64,000 nucleotides of DNA from an uncultured Candidatus Saccharimonadales bacterium (GTDB lineage: Bacteria > Patescibacteriota > Saccharimonadia > UBA4664): the NCBI GenBank assembly GCA_964467655.1, contig CAYXSN010000003.1, positions 34,714 through 98,713 of the forward strand, in the 5' to 3' direction. Within the stretch, counting starts at the first letter, position 1. Each line of letters opens with the position of its first letter. Positions 49,201 through 59,287 of the stretch are shown here, piece by piece. Under the pieces are notes generated by a model. The model saw only the letters and a program-made list of their open reading frames with translations, did not search any database and was not told the DNA's origin. Both the position numbers and the translations under genes were made by a program.

Positions 49201-50633
49201 CCAACGATTTCAAGCGCGAGGCCGAACACAACGTTGAAGCTCTAGCCGCCGGCGCTCCGGCCCATCCCGATACTGTCACCTCGGACCAGGCCAGCCGCAT
49301 GTACCACGACGCTGGCGCCGAAAGCGCCTACACCTCAGCTGCCCAAGCCCAAGCCAATTCCATCGGCCAAGCCGTCGGTAAGGGACAGTCGGTCACAGCT
49401 GCGGTTGCTAACCGTGCGTCGACTAACCTCCTAGAGCTCGCCCGCGCCCACGGAGCAGCTCGTGGCATCACGAATGATGACCAAGCCATGGAGTCGTTCC
49501 TTGATGAACAAGTTCGCCTGACAGGCAGTGGCACGCCTGGTGTAGCCGCCGACCGCGAACAAGCCCGCCAGGCTTTACTCACGCAAATGGCCGCACAGGC
49601 TCAATCGGAAGTCATTTCTGCCGCTACGTTGGCAGGCATCGATAGCGGTGTCCGCAGTGAGGCAGCGGCCCAAGGACAACTTATCTCACAGGAAGAATCC
49701 TACAATTCGCCGACTAAATCCACAGCAGCTGATCAGCTAGAAATGGCTCGAAGAGACGCCAGTACAAACCTGGCCAGCAAAGAAGGAACCGACCAAGCCC
49801 GTTCACGCCAGCCCAAACTGGATTACTCGACAACAGTTGAGTCAACCAGGAAAGAAGCTCTTGACAAGTTCTTTGCTCAGAGAGTCCAAGAATCGGGCCG
49901 CAAATTCGTGATAGATGCCAACACCGGCAAACCAACTCCCGACCGAATCGATACTGCAGCGCCAACCAAAGATAACCAAGCCTCACTTCGTAAAATGGCA
50001 GAAGAAGCCTTCGACACGGGCGACTACGAGACCTTCGCAGCCTGCACCAATGCTTTGGGTCAAAACGGCAGTGGACGTGATATCGTCAGGGAGATTATTG
50101 AATCGAAGTTCGGATACGATGATAAGAACCGTATCAATCCTACCATCGCTGATCAGATCCGCAAAACAGCCAAAGCTAACGGCAACCCTGAATTCGACCC
50201 CGAATCATTCTTTAGTGCTGCAGTTTCGCGAATCAACAAAGATAAAGCACCATACTTATTTAAACCACGGGACGCCGCTTTTGGTAAACTACCTTCAAAT
50301 GAATTTGCGGCTCTCGATGACCGCGGCAAAATGCAGTACTTCCAGTGGGCAAGTGGCAAAGTTGGTACGACCGATGAAGCAAAGATCAGAGGTGAAGCCG
50401 TTTCCAATATGCACGAATCGGTCACCAACAAATCTCTCAAGCCCAATCCGGGCAACGCTGATTTTGATGCCATGTACCGCTACCTCTATGAGATTGATCC
50501 CACTACTAAGGCGGTTATAGGGCCAAATGCAGATAATATGAAGGCTTTTGAGGCACAATTTGGAGGGAATACTGTCAAATTCGGCCAAGCTATCGCCGAT
50601 ATTGAACGCGGCTTTAAATCACATAATGCCTAA
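46242..50633 (+). CDS. giant VirB6/TrbL-like membrane protein with a long Ala/Glu-rich C-terminus
   Basis: Signal peptide; WAGMRNIA, IKKTLPRL, ISPLAMLAYILPNTKKFYDMW, LMFP; about 1000-aa hydrophilic tail; upstream of PrgI/VirB4. Confidence 0.75.
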   Translation: MKSRWTLIALMAWAIVAPALVVVMRPETAQAGTPASILPTTCNWTNTTTITCSGYPQDASLTVTFTPDTRNPSNPQRSYNGGTVGTPGDGGTYQSIENVSANGTSGQYTVDGTSLGAITIGNQAASGRPVNAVTPADANDGAADPDTAVKCDAGKGFTWLICGTIEWALNVIDWIRNTVLIPMLQQKPFDEASPDIEALKSVWAGMRNIASIVLILLFLLIIFGTAIGYDNYTIKKTLPRLVAGAILMPLSWYICVLLVDLGNILGVGLKDLTAPFIPTPIIDFNSPISEAVYSVGGGILLGVTGFTAYTGMLWPVLLGMVVGLAGAFLTLVLRNILILVLTAISPLAMLAYILPNTKKFYDMWLSNFLRLILMFPFIILLFQAGRLFAAIAGAGTNPINTIFALVGLMLPLFLVPWSFKTAGQALSFGRGYIDKATGMGKRYGSDKIGNAIKRQRDKTREANKALRQHNAIQRAKDIDKEAPTNLGGKLSNNVRQRVAMKKAGHGGFLGGKGNVLQQQKFESAYSEAAATQGKIEAAKLAGATGTSETHKQRIEAETAMALKGITDGRANRAGFMQAVGEANGAELPDKMISFAQASYAAGTESSRKSNAKLLGTGTGVQAAAAAGGLASTGAIVADARETQIDSLSDEKGQVEGRLIGQRHLEDVELQRTGVNPATATTAQREAVQNRLQRYRQTDARVKARDTVLEEGGTKRQSQADFTTHGYQDVEEVEGSAALEQRSKLSTTRQVRRQRVAIQGTAEGGMSDADIEMAASREARESIGAQVMKQRVGNETERADLASGDATRRPTLTNSLIAARGRAEESASAESAQRTAYVRSALGYESEKPSRPSLEERIQDASFKATTDQRTKDLSVGERLSEISKAEDRVLLSQKIDPATASAGQRADARASISGKIAIQGSGEAGYKMRMDIAKARGEVEGFEKGVKQLQIEETAKNLREKAIDAHLAANTGATRAEAEEAVDSNPANDFKREAEHNVEALAAGAPAHPDTVTSDQASRMYHDAGAESAYTSAAQAQANSIGQAVGKGQSVTAAVANRASTNLLELARAHGAARGITNDDQAMESFLDEQVRLTGSGTPGVAADREQARQALLTQMAAQAQSEVISAATLAGIDSGVRSEAAAQGQLISQEESYNSPTKSTAADQLEMARRDASTNLASKEGTDQARSRQPKLDYSTTVESTRKEALDKFFAQRVQESGRKFVIDANTGKPTPDRIDTAAPTKDNQASLRKMAEEAFDTGDYETFAACTNALGQNGSGRDIVREIIESKFGYDDKNRINPTIADQIRKTAKANGNPEFDPESFFSAAVSRINKDKAPYLFKPRDAAFGKLPSNEFAALDDRGKMQYFQWASGKVGTTDEAKIRGEAVSNMHESVTNKSLKPNPGNADFDAMYRYLYEIDPTTKAVIGPNADNMKAFEAQFGGNTVKFGQAIADIERGFKSHNA

Positions 50634-50735
50634 TCAAAGGCTAGTCTAACCTTCCCTCAAGCCCCAATTTAGCGTAAGCTTTATATATCAACTGTGAGGG
50701 ATGATAGGGGATAGGCACGCCCCAGCACACGTGAT

Positions 50736-51560
50736 ATGGGACAATACACCGTACCGCAAAACGTTGAAGCCGAAGACCATATCTTAGGCCCGCTAACGTT
50801 CAGGCAGTTCATCTACATGATGATCGGCCTGGGCTGGGTGATTATTACCTTCGCCTTGTTCCGCAAACTGATTGCGGCCTTCATTGTCATTGGTGTGCCA
50901 CCGACCATTTTGTTCATGCTGCTAGCTTTCTTCAGACGCGACGGCCAGGACTTCGAGCATTTACTGGTAGCTGTGGTCGGCTTTTTTGCCGCTCCCCGCC
51001 AGCGCTTGTGGATCAAAGAAGAAACCATCGAAACCTTCCACATCACGCCCACAGCCAAACAGGCCGAAATCACCCAACGTAACCCACAGCTAGTCATCAG
51101 TGAACTCGAGAAGTTGGCCGTGCTCATTGACTCCCGGGGCTGGAACCTGCCGACTGCCCCCGAGGTCACGCCTCAGCTCATCATGCCCAGCACACCGGCC
51201 TCGGCCCGCATCGTCCAGCCAGACAATACTCCCTCAAACATCACCGCTCCCCACACCGACATGCTCGACCTCCAAAACAGCCCGCTGGCCCAAAACCTCT
51301 CGGTGCTGCTCCAACAGTCAGCCGACCATGTCAAGCAGTCGGCGGTCAGCGGCATGACACCGGGTAGTGAACTACCCGCACCGACTCATTTTGCCACGCC
51401 CGTCAAAAGCATAAGCGGCGTGACAGGCCTCGCCCAAGACGATATACTACGGTTAGCTACCCAGAGTGAGGGAATGAGCATTGCCTCTGTTGCGGCCCAA
51501 GCCACGCGCTTGAGCCCAGACAGTGGCGCAAATGTGGAGCCAGTTGCCAATGCCAGCTAA
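50736..51560 (+). CDS. PrgI-family (VirB3-like) protein
   Basis: YTVPQNVEAEDHILGPLTFRQF, two TM helices, PRQRLW. Confidence 0.85.
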   Translation: MGQYTVPQNVEAEDHILGPLTFRQFIYMMIGLGWVIITFALFRKLIAAFIVIGVPPTILFMLLAFFRRDGQDFEHLLVAVVGFFAAPRQRLWIKEETIETFHITPTAKQAEITQRNPQLVISELEKLAVLIDSRGWNLPTAPEVTPQLIMPSTPASARIVQPDNTPSNITAPHTDMLDLQNSPLAQNLSVLLQQSADHVKQSAVSGMTPGSELPAPTHFATPVKSISGVTGLAQDDILRLATQSEGMSIASVAAQATRLSPDSGANVEPVANAS

Positions 51561-52284
51561 TTCAGCCAGCAAAACCGGGAAAAGCACCCAACAAACGCTT
51601 TTGATTTCCGAAATCAAAGATGGCGTGGTAGTTTTGCGTGACGGCTCCATTAGAGGCGTCATCCTCGGGAGTGCCATCAACTTTGAGCTCATGAGCAGTC
51701 AGGAGCAACAAGGCATCGAGATGGCCTACCAGAGCTTCCTCAACTCACTTCATTTCCCAATCCAAATTGTCATTCGTTCAGAACGCATCGACCTGTCAGC
51801 CTACATCGACAGGATGCAAGCCAAGCGCACCGAGCAATCAAACGAGTTGTTGGGTGCCCTCATGGACGATTACATCGCCAATGTTAAATCGCTGGTCGAT
51901 GAGGTCAACATTATGGACAAGCAGATCTACATTGTGGTGCCATATTTCCCCGATGTAGCCACAGGCAAATCACCGGCGCTCGTCAAAAACATCAAAAATG
52001 CATATAGCACCCCACCAGACATTACGATCACCGAAGAAGAATTCAAGGCCTACAAACAAGAATTGTCAGAACGGATGGCCTTGGTCTCGAGCGGCCTCGG
52101 CCAGATCGGCATCAGGGCGCTGGCACTTGGCACCCAAGAACTAGTCGATCTCTACTATACCTGGTACAACCCCGACATCGCCCACAACCAGAAGCTGATT
52201 GAAGCCGAGCAGCTCACGGCTCCCGTGGTCCTCAAAGGCGACGGCCGAGCACCCCACACCACCATTGAGGGAGGTCCTTTCTGA
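51550..52284 (+). CDS. T4SS-associated protein (VirB4 N-terminal-like)
   Basis: STQQTLLISEIKDGVV, INFELMSSQEQ, FLNSLHFPIQI; stop overlaps the VirB4 start. Confidence 0.75.
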   Translation: MPANSASKTGKSTQQTLLISEIKDGVVVLRDGSIRGVILGSAINFELMSSQEQQGIEMAYQSFLNSLHFPIQIVIRSERIDLSAYIDRMQAKRTEQSNELLGALMDDYIANVKSLVDEVNIMDKQIYIVVPYFPDVATGKSPALVKNIKNAYSTPPDITITEEEFKAYKQELSERMALVSSGLGQIGIRALALGTQELVDLYYTWYNPDIAHNQKLIEAEQLTAPVVLKGDGRAPHTTIEGGPF

Positions 52285-54173
52285 TGGGACTTTTTGGCCC
52301 ACCCAAACCCAAAGTTGATCCTGGGGCTCTGGCTGCCTACCAGCAAGCTATGGAGCAACGCGAGGCCGAGCTCATTTACCGCCAAGGCATCATCACCATG
52401 CGCGACCTCATTGCGCCTTCGTCATTGGAGATCGACGCCAATTACCTGAGGATTGGCAAACGCTATTGCAAGACGCTCTACGTGTATGGCTACCCCCGCC
52501 AGGTGTTCACCGGTTGGCTGTCGCCAATTATCAACCTCGATGAAATCATCGACATCTCACTTTACATCTACCCCGTGGAATCGCGCGTCGTTCTCGACAA
52601 CTTACGCAAAAAAGTCACCCAGATGGAAGCTTCGTATGCCATCAACGAAGAGAAAGGCAAAGTGCGCGACCCAGGCCTTGAAGCCGCGCTCCAGGACGCC
52701 GAAGAGCTCAGGGACAAGCTCCAAGTTGGCGAAGAGCGGTTCTTCAGGTTTGGTATGTATCTCACGATGTACGCCGATTCCATTGACGCCATGACCGATC
52801 TCAACCGCAAAATCGAGGGCATTTTCGGCCAGTCGCTGGTGTACACCAAAGCCGCCACCATGCAGATGGAGCAAGGCTTCAACTCCACGAGTCCCTTGGC
52901 CAACGACCAGCTCCAGATCTCGCGCAACATGGACACCGGAGCCCTGTCCACCAGCTTCCCGTTCACTTCAGCTGAACTATCTCGCAACGAAGGCATCCTT
53001 TACGGCCTCAACCGCCACAACAACGGCCTGGTGCTTTTCGACAGGTTCTCGCTCGAAAACGCCAACATGGTGGTATTCGCTAAATCCGGTGCCGGTAAAT
53101 CGTTTTCCATCAAACTTGAAGCCTTGCGCTCTCTCATGATGGGCATCGAAATTATCGTAATTGACCCCGAAAACGAGTACAAAACCCTCTGCGAAGCCGT
53201 TGGCGGCACCTATCTGCGCCTCAGTTTGGCCAGTCAAACTCGCATCAACCCCTTCGACCTGCCGCGAGTATTCGACCAAGATGAAGCCGACAACGCCCTC
53301 CAAGCCAACATTATTACACTGCACGGCCTGTTGCGCCTCATGATCGGTGGCGCCACAGTCTCAAACTCCACCGGCGCCACCAGCGTAACCTCCCTTACTC
53401 CCAGCGAAGACGCCGACCTCGATCTGGCAATCATCAATACCTACGCCCGCGCCGGTATCACCCGCGACCCCCTCACCCACAATGCCACCCCGCCCACCAT
53501 GAACGATCTCTACAATACTCTGGCCTCCATGACGGGCAACGGCCCCGACCTGGCCATGAGGCTACGCAAATTCACCACCGGCACGTTCTCGGGTATTTTT
53601 TCAGAGCAATCAAACGTCGAAATCAACAACCCCTTCCTGGTATTCAACATTCGCGACCTCGAAGACGAACTACGGCCCATCGGCATGTACATCGTGCTCA
53701 ACTACATCTGGAACAAGGTCAAATCAGATCGTCGCAAACGCATCCTAGTAGTCGACGAAGCCTGGCAACTTATGAAGTACGACGACTCAGCCGCCTTCAT
53801 GTTTAGCCTGGCCAAACGGGCCCGCAAATACTTCCTCGGCCTCACCACCATCTCCCAAGACGTCGAGGACTTCTTAAGCAACAAAATGGGCCGGGCCGTG
53901 GTCGCCAACTCATCACTCCAGCTCTTACTCAAGCAAGCCCCTTCAGCCGTCGACATTATTGGCGAAACCTTCAAGCTCACGAACGAAGAAAAAGCCAGGC
54001 TCACCGAATTCCCGGTGGGAGAAGGCTTATTCTTCGCTGGACTCAATCACGTCATCATCAGAGTCCTGGCGTCCGAAACCGAAGCCAGCCTCATTAGCAC
54101 CAATCCAGCCGACAAAGGTCAGGCGCCATCAGCCCCCACTGAAACATCAGCGCCAGCGGAACAAGGAGCATAA
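52284..54173 (+). CDS. virB4: VirB4/TraC-like ATPase
   Basis: Walker A AKSGAGKS, IDPENEY, INPFD, Walker B LVVDEAW, RARKY, TISQD. Confidence 0.92.
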   Translation: MGLFGPPKPKVDPGALAAYQQAMEQREAELIYRQGIITMRDLIAPSSLEIDANYLRIGKRYCKTLYVYGYPRQVFTGWLSPIINLDEIIDISLYIYPVESRVVLDNLRKKVTQMEASYAINEEKGKVRDPGLEAALQDAEELRDKLQVGEERFFRFGMYLTMYADSIDAMTDLNRKIEGIFGQSLVYTKAATMQMEQGFNSTSPLANDQLQISRNMDTGALSTSFPFTSAELSRNEGILYGLNRHNNGLVLFDRFSLENANMVVFAKSGAGKSFSIKLEALRSLMMGIEIIVIDPENEYKTLCEAVGGTYLRLSLASQTRINPFDLPRVFDQDEADNALQANIITLHGLLRLMIGGATVSNSTGATSVTSLTPSEDADLDLAIINTYARAGITRDPLTHNATPPTMNDLYNTLASMTGNGPDLAMRLRKFTTGTFSGIFSEQSNVEINNPFLVFNIRDLEDELRPIGMYIVLNYIWNKVKSDRRKRILVVDEAWQLMKYDDSAAFMFSLAKRARKYFLGLTTISQDVEDFLSNKMGRAVVANSSLQLLLKQAPSAVDIIGETFKLTNEEKARLTEFPVGEGLFFAGLNHVIIRVLASETEASLISTNPADKGQAPSAPTETSAPAEQGA

Positions 54174-54179
54174 GAGGAA

Positions 54180-57100
54180 ATGGCACTGCGTTCTGCCGCC
54201 GGTCTCAAATCTAGCTCCGGCATGGAGCCACCCCGCCAGACGTTCAAAGATGCTCTGGTAGCCCAGAAAGCTTCAAGTAGCCAGAAAACAACTACCGCCC
54301 AAAAGCCGGTTATGACGCAAATGTCACCGATGGGCGGCAGTCAAACCTCCAAGCCCGACACCATCACTAGACCCCGTAATGAATCAATCAACGAACCCAA
54401 TACGGCGTCCAATACCAGCATCGCACCTTCGTCTCAGGCCGCCGACCTCAAAACCGGAGATAGCAAATTCGATGCCGTCCACGGCGACAACCGCGGTCAG
54501 CAAATGGTCGCCAACGCCGGCACCGCCCGGCCCGAAGCCAATGACGACGCCTGGGCCTCACCCGACGCCACGGCATCCTCCAATGCTGGTGGCCCACCAG
54601 ACTCGGGTGGAAAAGCGGGCGTCATGTCTCCGGGCGCCGATCCAAACCGTGCCAGTCAATCTAGAATACCTGGCAATGATGCCGAGGCCCGAGCCAACTA
54701 CGCCAACAACGTCAGTAACGGCCCGGTCGGCCGCCGGATTGCCGGCAAGACGTTCGATTTTGCCAACCGTCACCGTAAATCGCTGATCTTTGGCGGCGGC
54801 GGCATGGGTATTGTCCTAGCGTTAATCTTTGCCACGCTTGCCTTCTTGCCCCTCAAACTTGAATCATTCATGAATAACGTTATCAGCAACGAAGGCAAGC
54901 GGATGGAGCATTACGCCACGCGGCGCGCCGAGATCATGACCTACCGCTACCTCATGAACGCCGCCAACGGCACTATTGAATCAGACCCTTTGTATACCAG
55001 CTCCAATATCGTCAGGATGATGTGGGGTAACTTCCAGAAAGACAGGTTTATCGAGAAACTCCAGACTTCCAAAGGCATCACAGTGGAAAGGGGTGGCAGC
55101 GCCGGCAGTATCAGATTCACGACCGCCAGTGGCCAAGTAGTGGAAGCGAGTAATCTGAGTCAGCTCATGGACGTCCTCAAAAGCAATCCAGCCGGTACTG
55201 GCATTGAGGCAGAAATTGGCAAGTTCATGGAAAACGAGTACAAATGGTTCCGTATCTTTCAGCGCCGCTCTATCAGATACTACTTAGCCAAAGCTTACGG
55301 TATCAAACGCTGGAGCATCGACAAAAAAGAAGACAAGGTTGACCCGAAGTCCAAGGTACACAGCACCGAAATCCAGGCGCGCGAACTGGCCCTCGATGGA
55401 CCAAATGAAAAAACCATCAATGCCATCGGTTGTGTCGCCGCACCCGAAAACTGCAACGGCGAAGACTCCAATCGCCGCAGTACCGACCCCAATGGCGAAT
55501 CAACAATCGACCCGCCAAATACCACTGGGGGCAATGAAGAAGAGTCCAAAGCTCAGGCCGAAGCCAAAAAAGGTTTGCTTGAGCGCTACCGCAACCTCAA
55601 AACTACTGCCGGCAACAAAATTCTAGCGACCCTCACCGAACTGATTGGTAGTGAAGTGATAGCGAAAGGTATTCTGAAAGCCGTACCCTTCATCGGCTGG
55701 ATCTCGTTTGCGGCCGACATCGACCATTTCATCTGGGGTGGTAGCTGGTCGCAAGTCGGCATCAATCTGCGCGCCTTGCAATACGTAAGCGTCGCCCAAA
55801 CCTGGGCTACCCTCAAAGACCAGATGAAGGCCGATGAGCTGACTGCCAGCCAAATCAATGTGCTTATGCTTATGCTCGACGGCATTGAAAAATCAAACGC
55901 TTTCCAGCGCACCAATTCAGCCAATACCAATGGCGGTGTCACCATCCCGGAAGAAAAACGGGTAGGCAGCGATGGTGCCTTTATCGATCCCGAACCGGCC
56001 GGTCAGGGTATTTGCGGCATTACCTATCCACTGTCAAACGAATACCGGGGCATCCCGGTAAACGGCTTGTCTATTACCAACTACGAACCCTGGACGCTCC
56101 TGTACCGTCGTGTAGTCACAACACCACTGCTGATTGGCGCCGGCAACGTTCACTTTGACCTCTGTACTTTCAGGGCCGTATTCCAGCGTTTTATGGGCGT
56201 CATCATGCTTGGGGTCAAGAACATTCCGGGTGTCGGGCAGTTTATCTCTACATTCCAGACCCTCACTCAGTTTGTTATGCAAACCGAAATCATTCAGCGC
56301 CTCGTCGAGCAGGGCAGCCACTACGTCACGGCCTTCCTCGAACGTGTCTTCGGACTGGTATACAACGGCGAATGGGGGGCGCCACTCGCCAACACCATTG
56401 ACGGTGGCTGGGAAGTAATCACAAATGCCGTCACCCGTGACCACATGGGTGGTAAGGCCATTAGCTATAGCCTCAGCTATGAACAAACCACCCAGTACGC
56501 TCTTGAGGACCAACAGAAACTCAATGCCGAGGGACCCTTTGCTAGTCTGCTCGCTTGGAATACGCCAGGCTCAACCGGCTCTAAACTACTGGCAGCCTTA
56601 CCATCAACCCCATCAGCTCTCGCCAACCGTTTTACCGATCTCGCCAGCAGCCTCTTTTTACACCCCGCCAGTTATTTCAGTAAATTAGCGTACAACTTTA
56701 GTACCGGTAGTCTGGCCGTCGATCCAGCCAGCTTGCGCTCTCCCGCAGGCGTCATGCACATTGGCTTTGATGCTGCCGAGGTCAACGACAGCAACATCTA
56801 CATTGCCGTCAAAGACATCAACGGACCACCAGTCAATGGCGCCTACCCCGGCCAGCCCGACGGCCGCATCGATGAGTACGACTGCATCGAAGGGAGCGGT
56901 AGTGGCGAGAGCTTGCACATAGTCGGTACTACTGACAGGGCCGATGACATCACCAAAACCAACCGCTGCCTCTACGATACCTCAGTGGCCCTACCGCTCT
57001 GCTCCGGCGGCTCCTCCAATGACGACGGGGGACTGGGCCAAGGCGGCGATCCCGGTCCATGTGGCCGTGTCGCTGGCACCTCAGCTACAGGCCAAGCCGG

Positions 57101-57977
57101 CAGCCCGCTCACCGCCAACTGGATGTCCGGCGCCAGCTTCATGCAGGGCGATTACAACGGTACACCCAAGACAACTGGTTTCGGCACGTGGCGTAACAGT
57201 TCACCGGTCACCATTGTGGGCACCTGGTGCGACAAGCCAGGCTGTACCGATGGATCCGCCGCCAATGATTACGACTCATTCAACGGCGCCATGGACATCG
57301 CCATCGGCGGCATCTTCAAACAAAACGGCGAATCCTGGTCGGCCGCCGCCGGCGGAGCCTACAATTCTCGTTGGCAAGGTGCCATCAGCAACATCGCCTC
57401 CCACCGCCAGGGTAAAGGCCTCACATTCATCAGGTTTGCTCACGAAGCCAATATGAACTTCTCAGACTGGAGCGTCATGCCGGGTGAAGAAGCCAACTAC
57501 ATTACTACTTTCTGCAACGTAGCCAACATGGCGCACGCCGCCGGTCTCAAGGTGACCTGGTCGCTCAATGACGGCACACTGGGCGGCGCTGCCGGCCCTG
57601 CCACCATGTATCCCGGTGACGCCTGCGTCGACGTCGTGGGACCCGACACCTACGACTGGGACACGCCTCAGGTATCGGTCGTAAATGGTCAGGTTACCGG
57701 TATCGAATCATGGCGCCAGTTTGCCCTAAGCCACAACAAGCCCCTAGCCTTCCCCGAATGGGGCGCCAACAACACCCAAGGCCAGACCAAAGATAACCCC
57801 GCCTACATCACCGCCATGAACACGTTCATGGCTACCAACGGCGGATCAGGCCCAGGCCAGTTCATCTATGACATCTATTTCAATGAAGACGAGAGTGGCT
57901 ACCGCATCGGATTATGGCCAACCGCCGATGTCCCGCAGATGGCTAACACCTATAAAGCTCTCAAGTGGGGGAATTAA
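54180..57977 (+). CDS. large membrane-anchored T4SS-cluster protein with a C-terminal GH26 domain
   Basis: Low-complexity N-terminus, TM helix; IRFAHEAN (acid/base Glu), YPGDACVDVVGPDTYD, KPLAFPEWG (nucleophile Glu). Confidence 0.8.
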   Translation: MALRSAAGLKSSSGMEPPRQTFKDALVAQKASSSQKTTTAQKPVMTQMSPMGGSQTSKPDTITRPRNESINEPNTASNTSIAPSSQAADLKTGDSKFDAVHGDNRGQQMVANAGTARPEANDDAWASPDATASSNAGGPPDSGGKAGVMSPGADPNRASQSRIPGNDAEARANYANNVSNGPVGRRIAGKTFDFANRHRKSLIFGGGGMGIVLALIFATLAFLPLKLESFMNNVISNEGKRMEHYATRRAEIMTYRYLMNAANGTIESDPLYTSSNIVRMMWGNFQKDRFIEKLQTSKGITVERGGSAGSIRFTTASGQVVEASNLSQLMDVLKSNPAGTGIEAEIGKFMENEYKWFRIFQRRSIRYYLAKAYGIKRWSIDKKEDKVDPKSKVHSTEIQARELALDGPNEKTINAIGCVAAPENCNGEDSNRRSTDPNGESTIDPPNTTGGNEEESKAQAEAKKGLLERYRNLKTTAGNKILATLTELIGSEVIAKGILKAVPFIGWISFAADIDHFIWGGSWSQVGINLRALQYVSVAQTWATLKDQMKADELTASQINVLMLMLDGIEKSNAFQRTNSANTNGGVTIPEEKRVGSDGAFIDPEPAGQGICGITYPLSNEYRGIPVNGLSITNYEPWTLLYRRVVTTPLLIGAGNVHFDLCTFRAVFQRFMGVIMLGVKNIPGVGQFISTFQTLTQFVMQTEIIQRLVEQGSHYVTAFLERVFGLVYNGEWGAPLANTIDGGWEVITNAVTRDHMGGKAISYSLSYEQTTQYALEDQQKLNAEGPFASLLAWNTPGSTGSKLLAALPSTPSALANRFTDLASSLFLHPASYFSKLAYNFSTGSLAVDPASLRSPAGVMHIGFDAAEVNDSNIYIAVKDINGPPVNGAYPGQPDGRIDEYDCIEGSGSGESLHIVGTTDRADDITKTNRCLYDTSVALPLCSGGSSNDDGGLGQGGDPGPCGRVAGTSATGQAGSPLTANWMSGASFMQGDYNGTPKTTGFGTWRNSSPVTIVGTWCDKPGCTDGSAANDYDSFNGAMDIAIGGIFKQNGESWSAAAGGAYNSRWQGAISNIASHRQGKGLTFIRFAHEANMNFSDWSVMPGEEANYITTFCNVANMAHAAGLKVTWSLNDGTLGGAAGPATMYPGDACVDVVGPDTYDWDTPQVSVVNGQVTGIESWRQFALSHNKPLAFPEWGANNTQGQTKDNPAYITAMNTFMATNGGSGPGQFIYDIYFNEDESGYRIGLWPTADVPQMANTYKALKWGN

Positions 57978-57985
57978 TAACAGCC

Positions 57986-59260
57986 ATGCTCAAGCGTTTT
58001 ACCACCATTCTCGTCCTCGCACTTACAGCACAGCTGGCGTTTGCCCCGACTGCTAAAGCCATTTTCAACTACGACAATAAAGCAGTTACCAAAGAATACA
58101 TCTATTGGGACAACCGGGTGACTGCCGATTGCCCCAGCGCCACCGACCTGTCAGGAAACAGTCCTACCGGCACCGATTCGGCGGCAGCCGCTGCCCGCAA
58201 GAAAGTTATTTGGGATTTTCTTACAGCTCCCGGCCGTCTGACAGCCCCTCAAGCTGCTGGGGTACTGGCCAATATGACAGTTGAAAGTGCCCATACTTTT
58301 GATCCAACGATTGTGCAGGGCGGTACCTATAAAGCCACGCCTGAAGGCGTGAATAACGGTTACGGCATCGTGCAATGGACTCCCGGCACCAAACTACTGA
58401 AATATGCCGACATTGCCGCAAACCCCACGCTCGGAGGCAACCTCACCCGCCAGCTGAACGTCCTATGGGACCAGCTAACCAATGCGAGCTCGCCGTTACC
58501 GGAAAAGGCTGCCGGCGACGCCCTCAAAGCCACCACTACAGCCGAGCAAGCTGCCGTAGCCTTTATGATCGGGTATGAGCGGCCGGCCGACAAGTCACTG
58601 GATGCCCGAGACGGCCGCGCAGCCTTAGCCAACCCCATCCTCGTCGAAATGACCGGCGGCACCAGTGGCACGATTACGCCTCTAACGACCACAAATGGCA
58701 CTCCCGTCACCACATCATCAAGCTGCCCGTCGGCTACATCCCAAGCCAGCGCTAGCATTGATACAGCCCATATGTTTGAGTCATCAGTGAGTATCCAATG
58801 TGCTCCCGGCACAACTGATGCCGGCGTTCAAGACGGCTACCACAATGGTATCATGGTCAAGATCAGGGTCTGCGCCATACCAAACTTTCCATGCACCAAT
58901 GAAGAATGCCAGGAACTCGGCAATGGTCATGCCCTAGTGAACTCCCGAGCCTCTGGCGCAATCCTCAAGATGATTACCGACGCCATAGCTGCCCGTGATC
59001 AAGCAGGTAAGAGTTATCAGATCAACGCGTCATCAACCTTCCGTACTATGGCCCACCAGACAGCCCTCTATAATGCGCCTCACTCCGATCCAGTTGCCAA
59101 ACCCGGCTTCTCCAATCACCAGATGGGCCTAGCGATCGATTTCGGCTTCTGGAAAAATACCAATACCGGACTCTATGATTGGCTCAAAGCCAACGCCTCG
59201 CGATATGGCTACCAGCAACTGCCAAGTGAAGTTTGGCACTGGTCCACCAATGGTGGTTAA
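57986..59260 (+). CDS. secreted peptidoglycan hydrolase: phage-tail-type lysozyme plus VanY/M15 peptidase
   Basis: AAGVLANMTVES, GYGIVQWT, YERP; FRT..HQ, PGFSNHQMGLAIDF, EVWH. Confidence 0.88.
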   Translation: MLKRFTTILVLALTAQLAFAPTAKAIFNYDNKAVTKEYIYWDNRVTADCPSATDLSGNSPTGTDSAAAAARKKVIWDFLTAPGRLTAPQAAGVLANMTVESAHTFDPTIVQGGTYKATPEGVNNGYGIVQWTPGTKLLKYADIAANPTLGGNLTRQLNVLWDQLTNASSPLPEKAAGDALKATTTAEQAAVAFMIGYERPADKSLDARDGRAALANPILVEMTGGTSGTITPLTTTNGTPVTTSSSCPSATSQASASIDTAHMFESSVSIQCAPGTTDAGVQDGYHNGIMVKIRVCAIPNFPCTNEECQELGNGHALVNSRASGAILKMITDAIAARDQAGKSYQINASSTFRTMAHQTALYNAPHSDPVAKPGFSNHQMGLAIDFGFWKNTNTGLYDWLKANASRYGYQQLPSEVWHWSTNGG

Positions 59261-59287
59261 AATAATAACTCAATAGGAAGTACCCCA

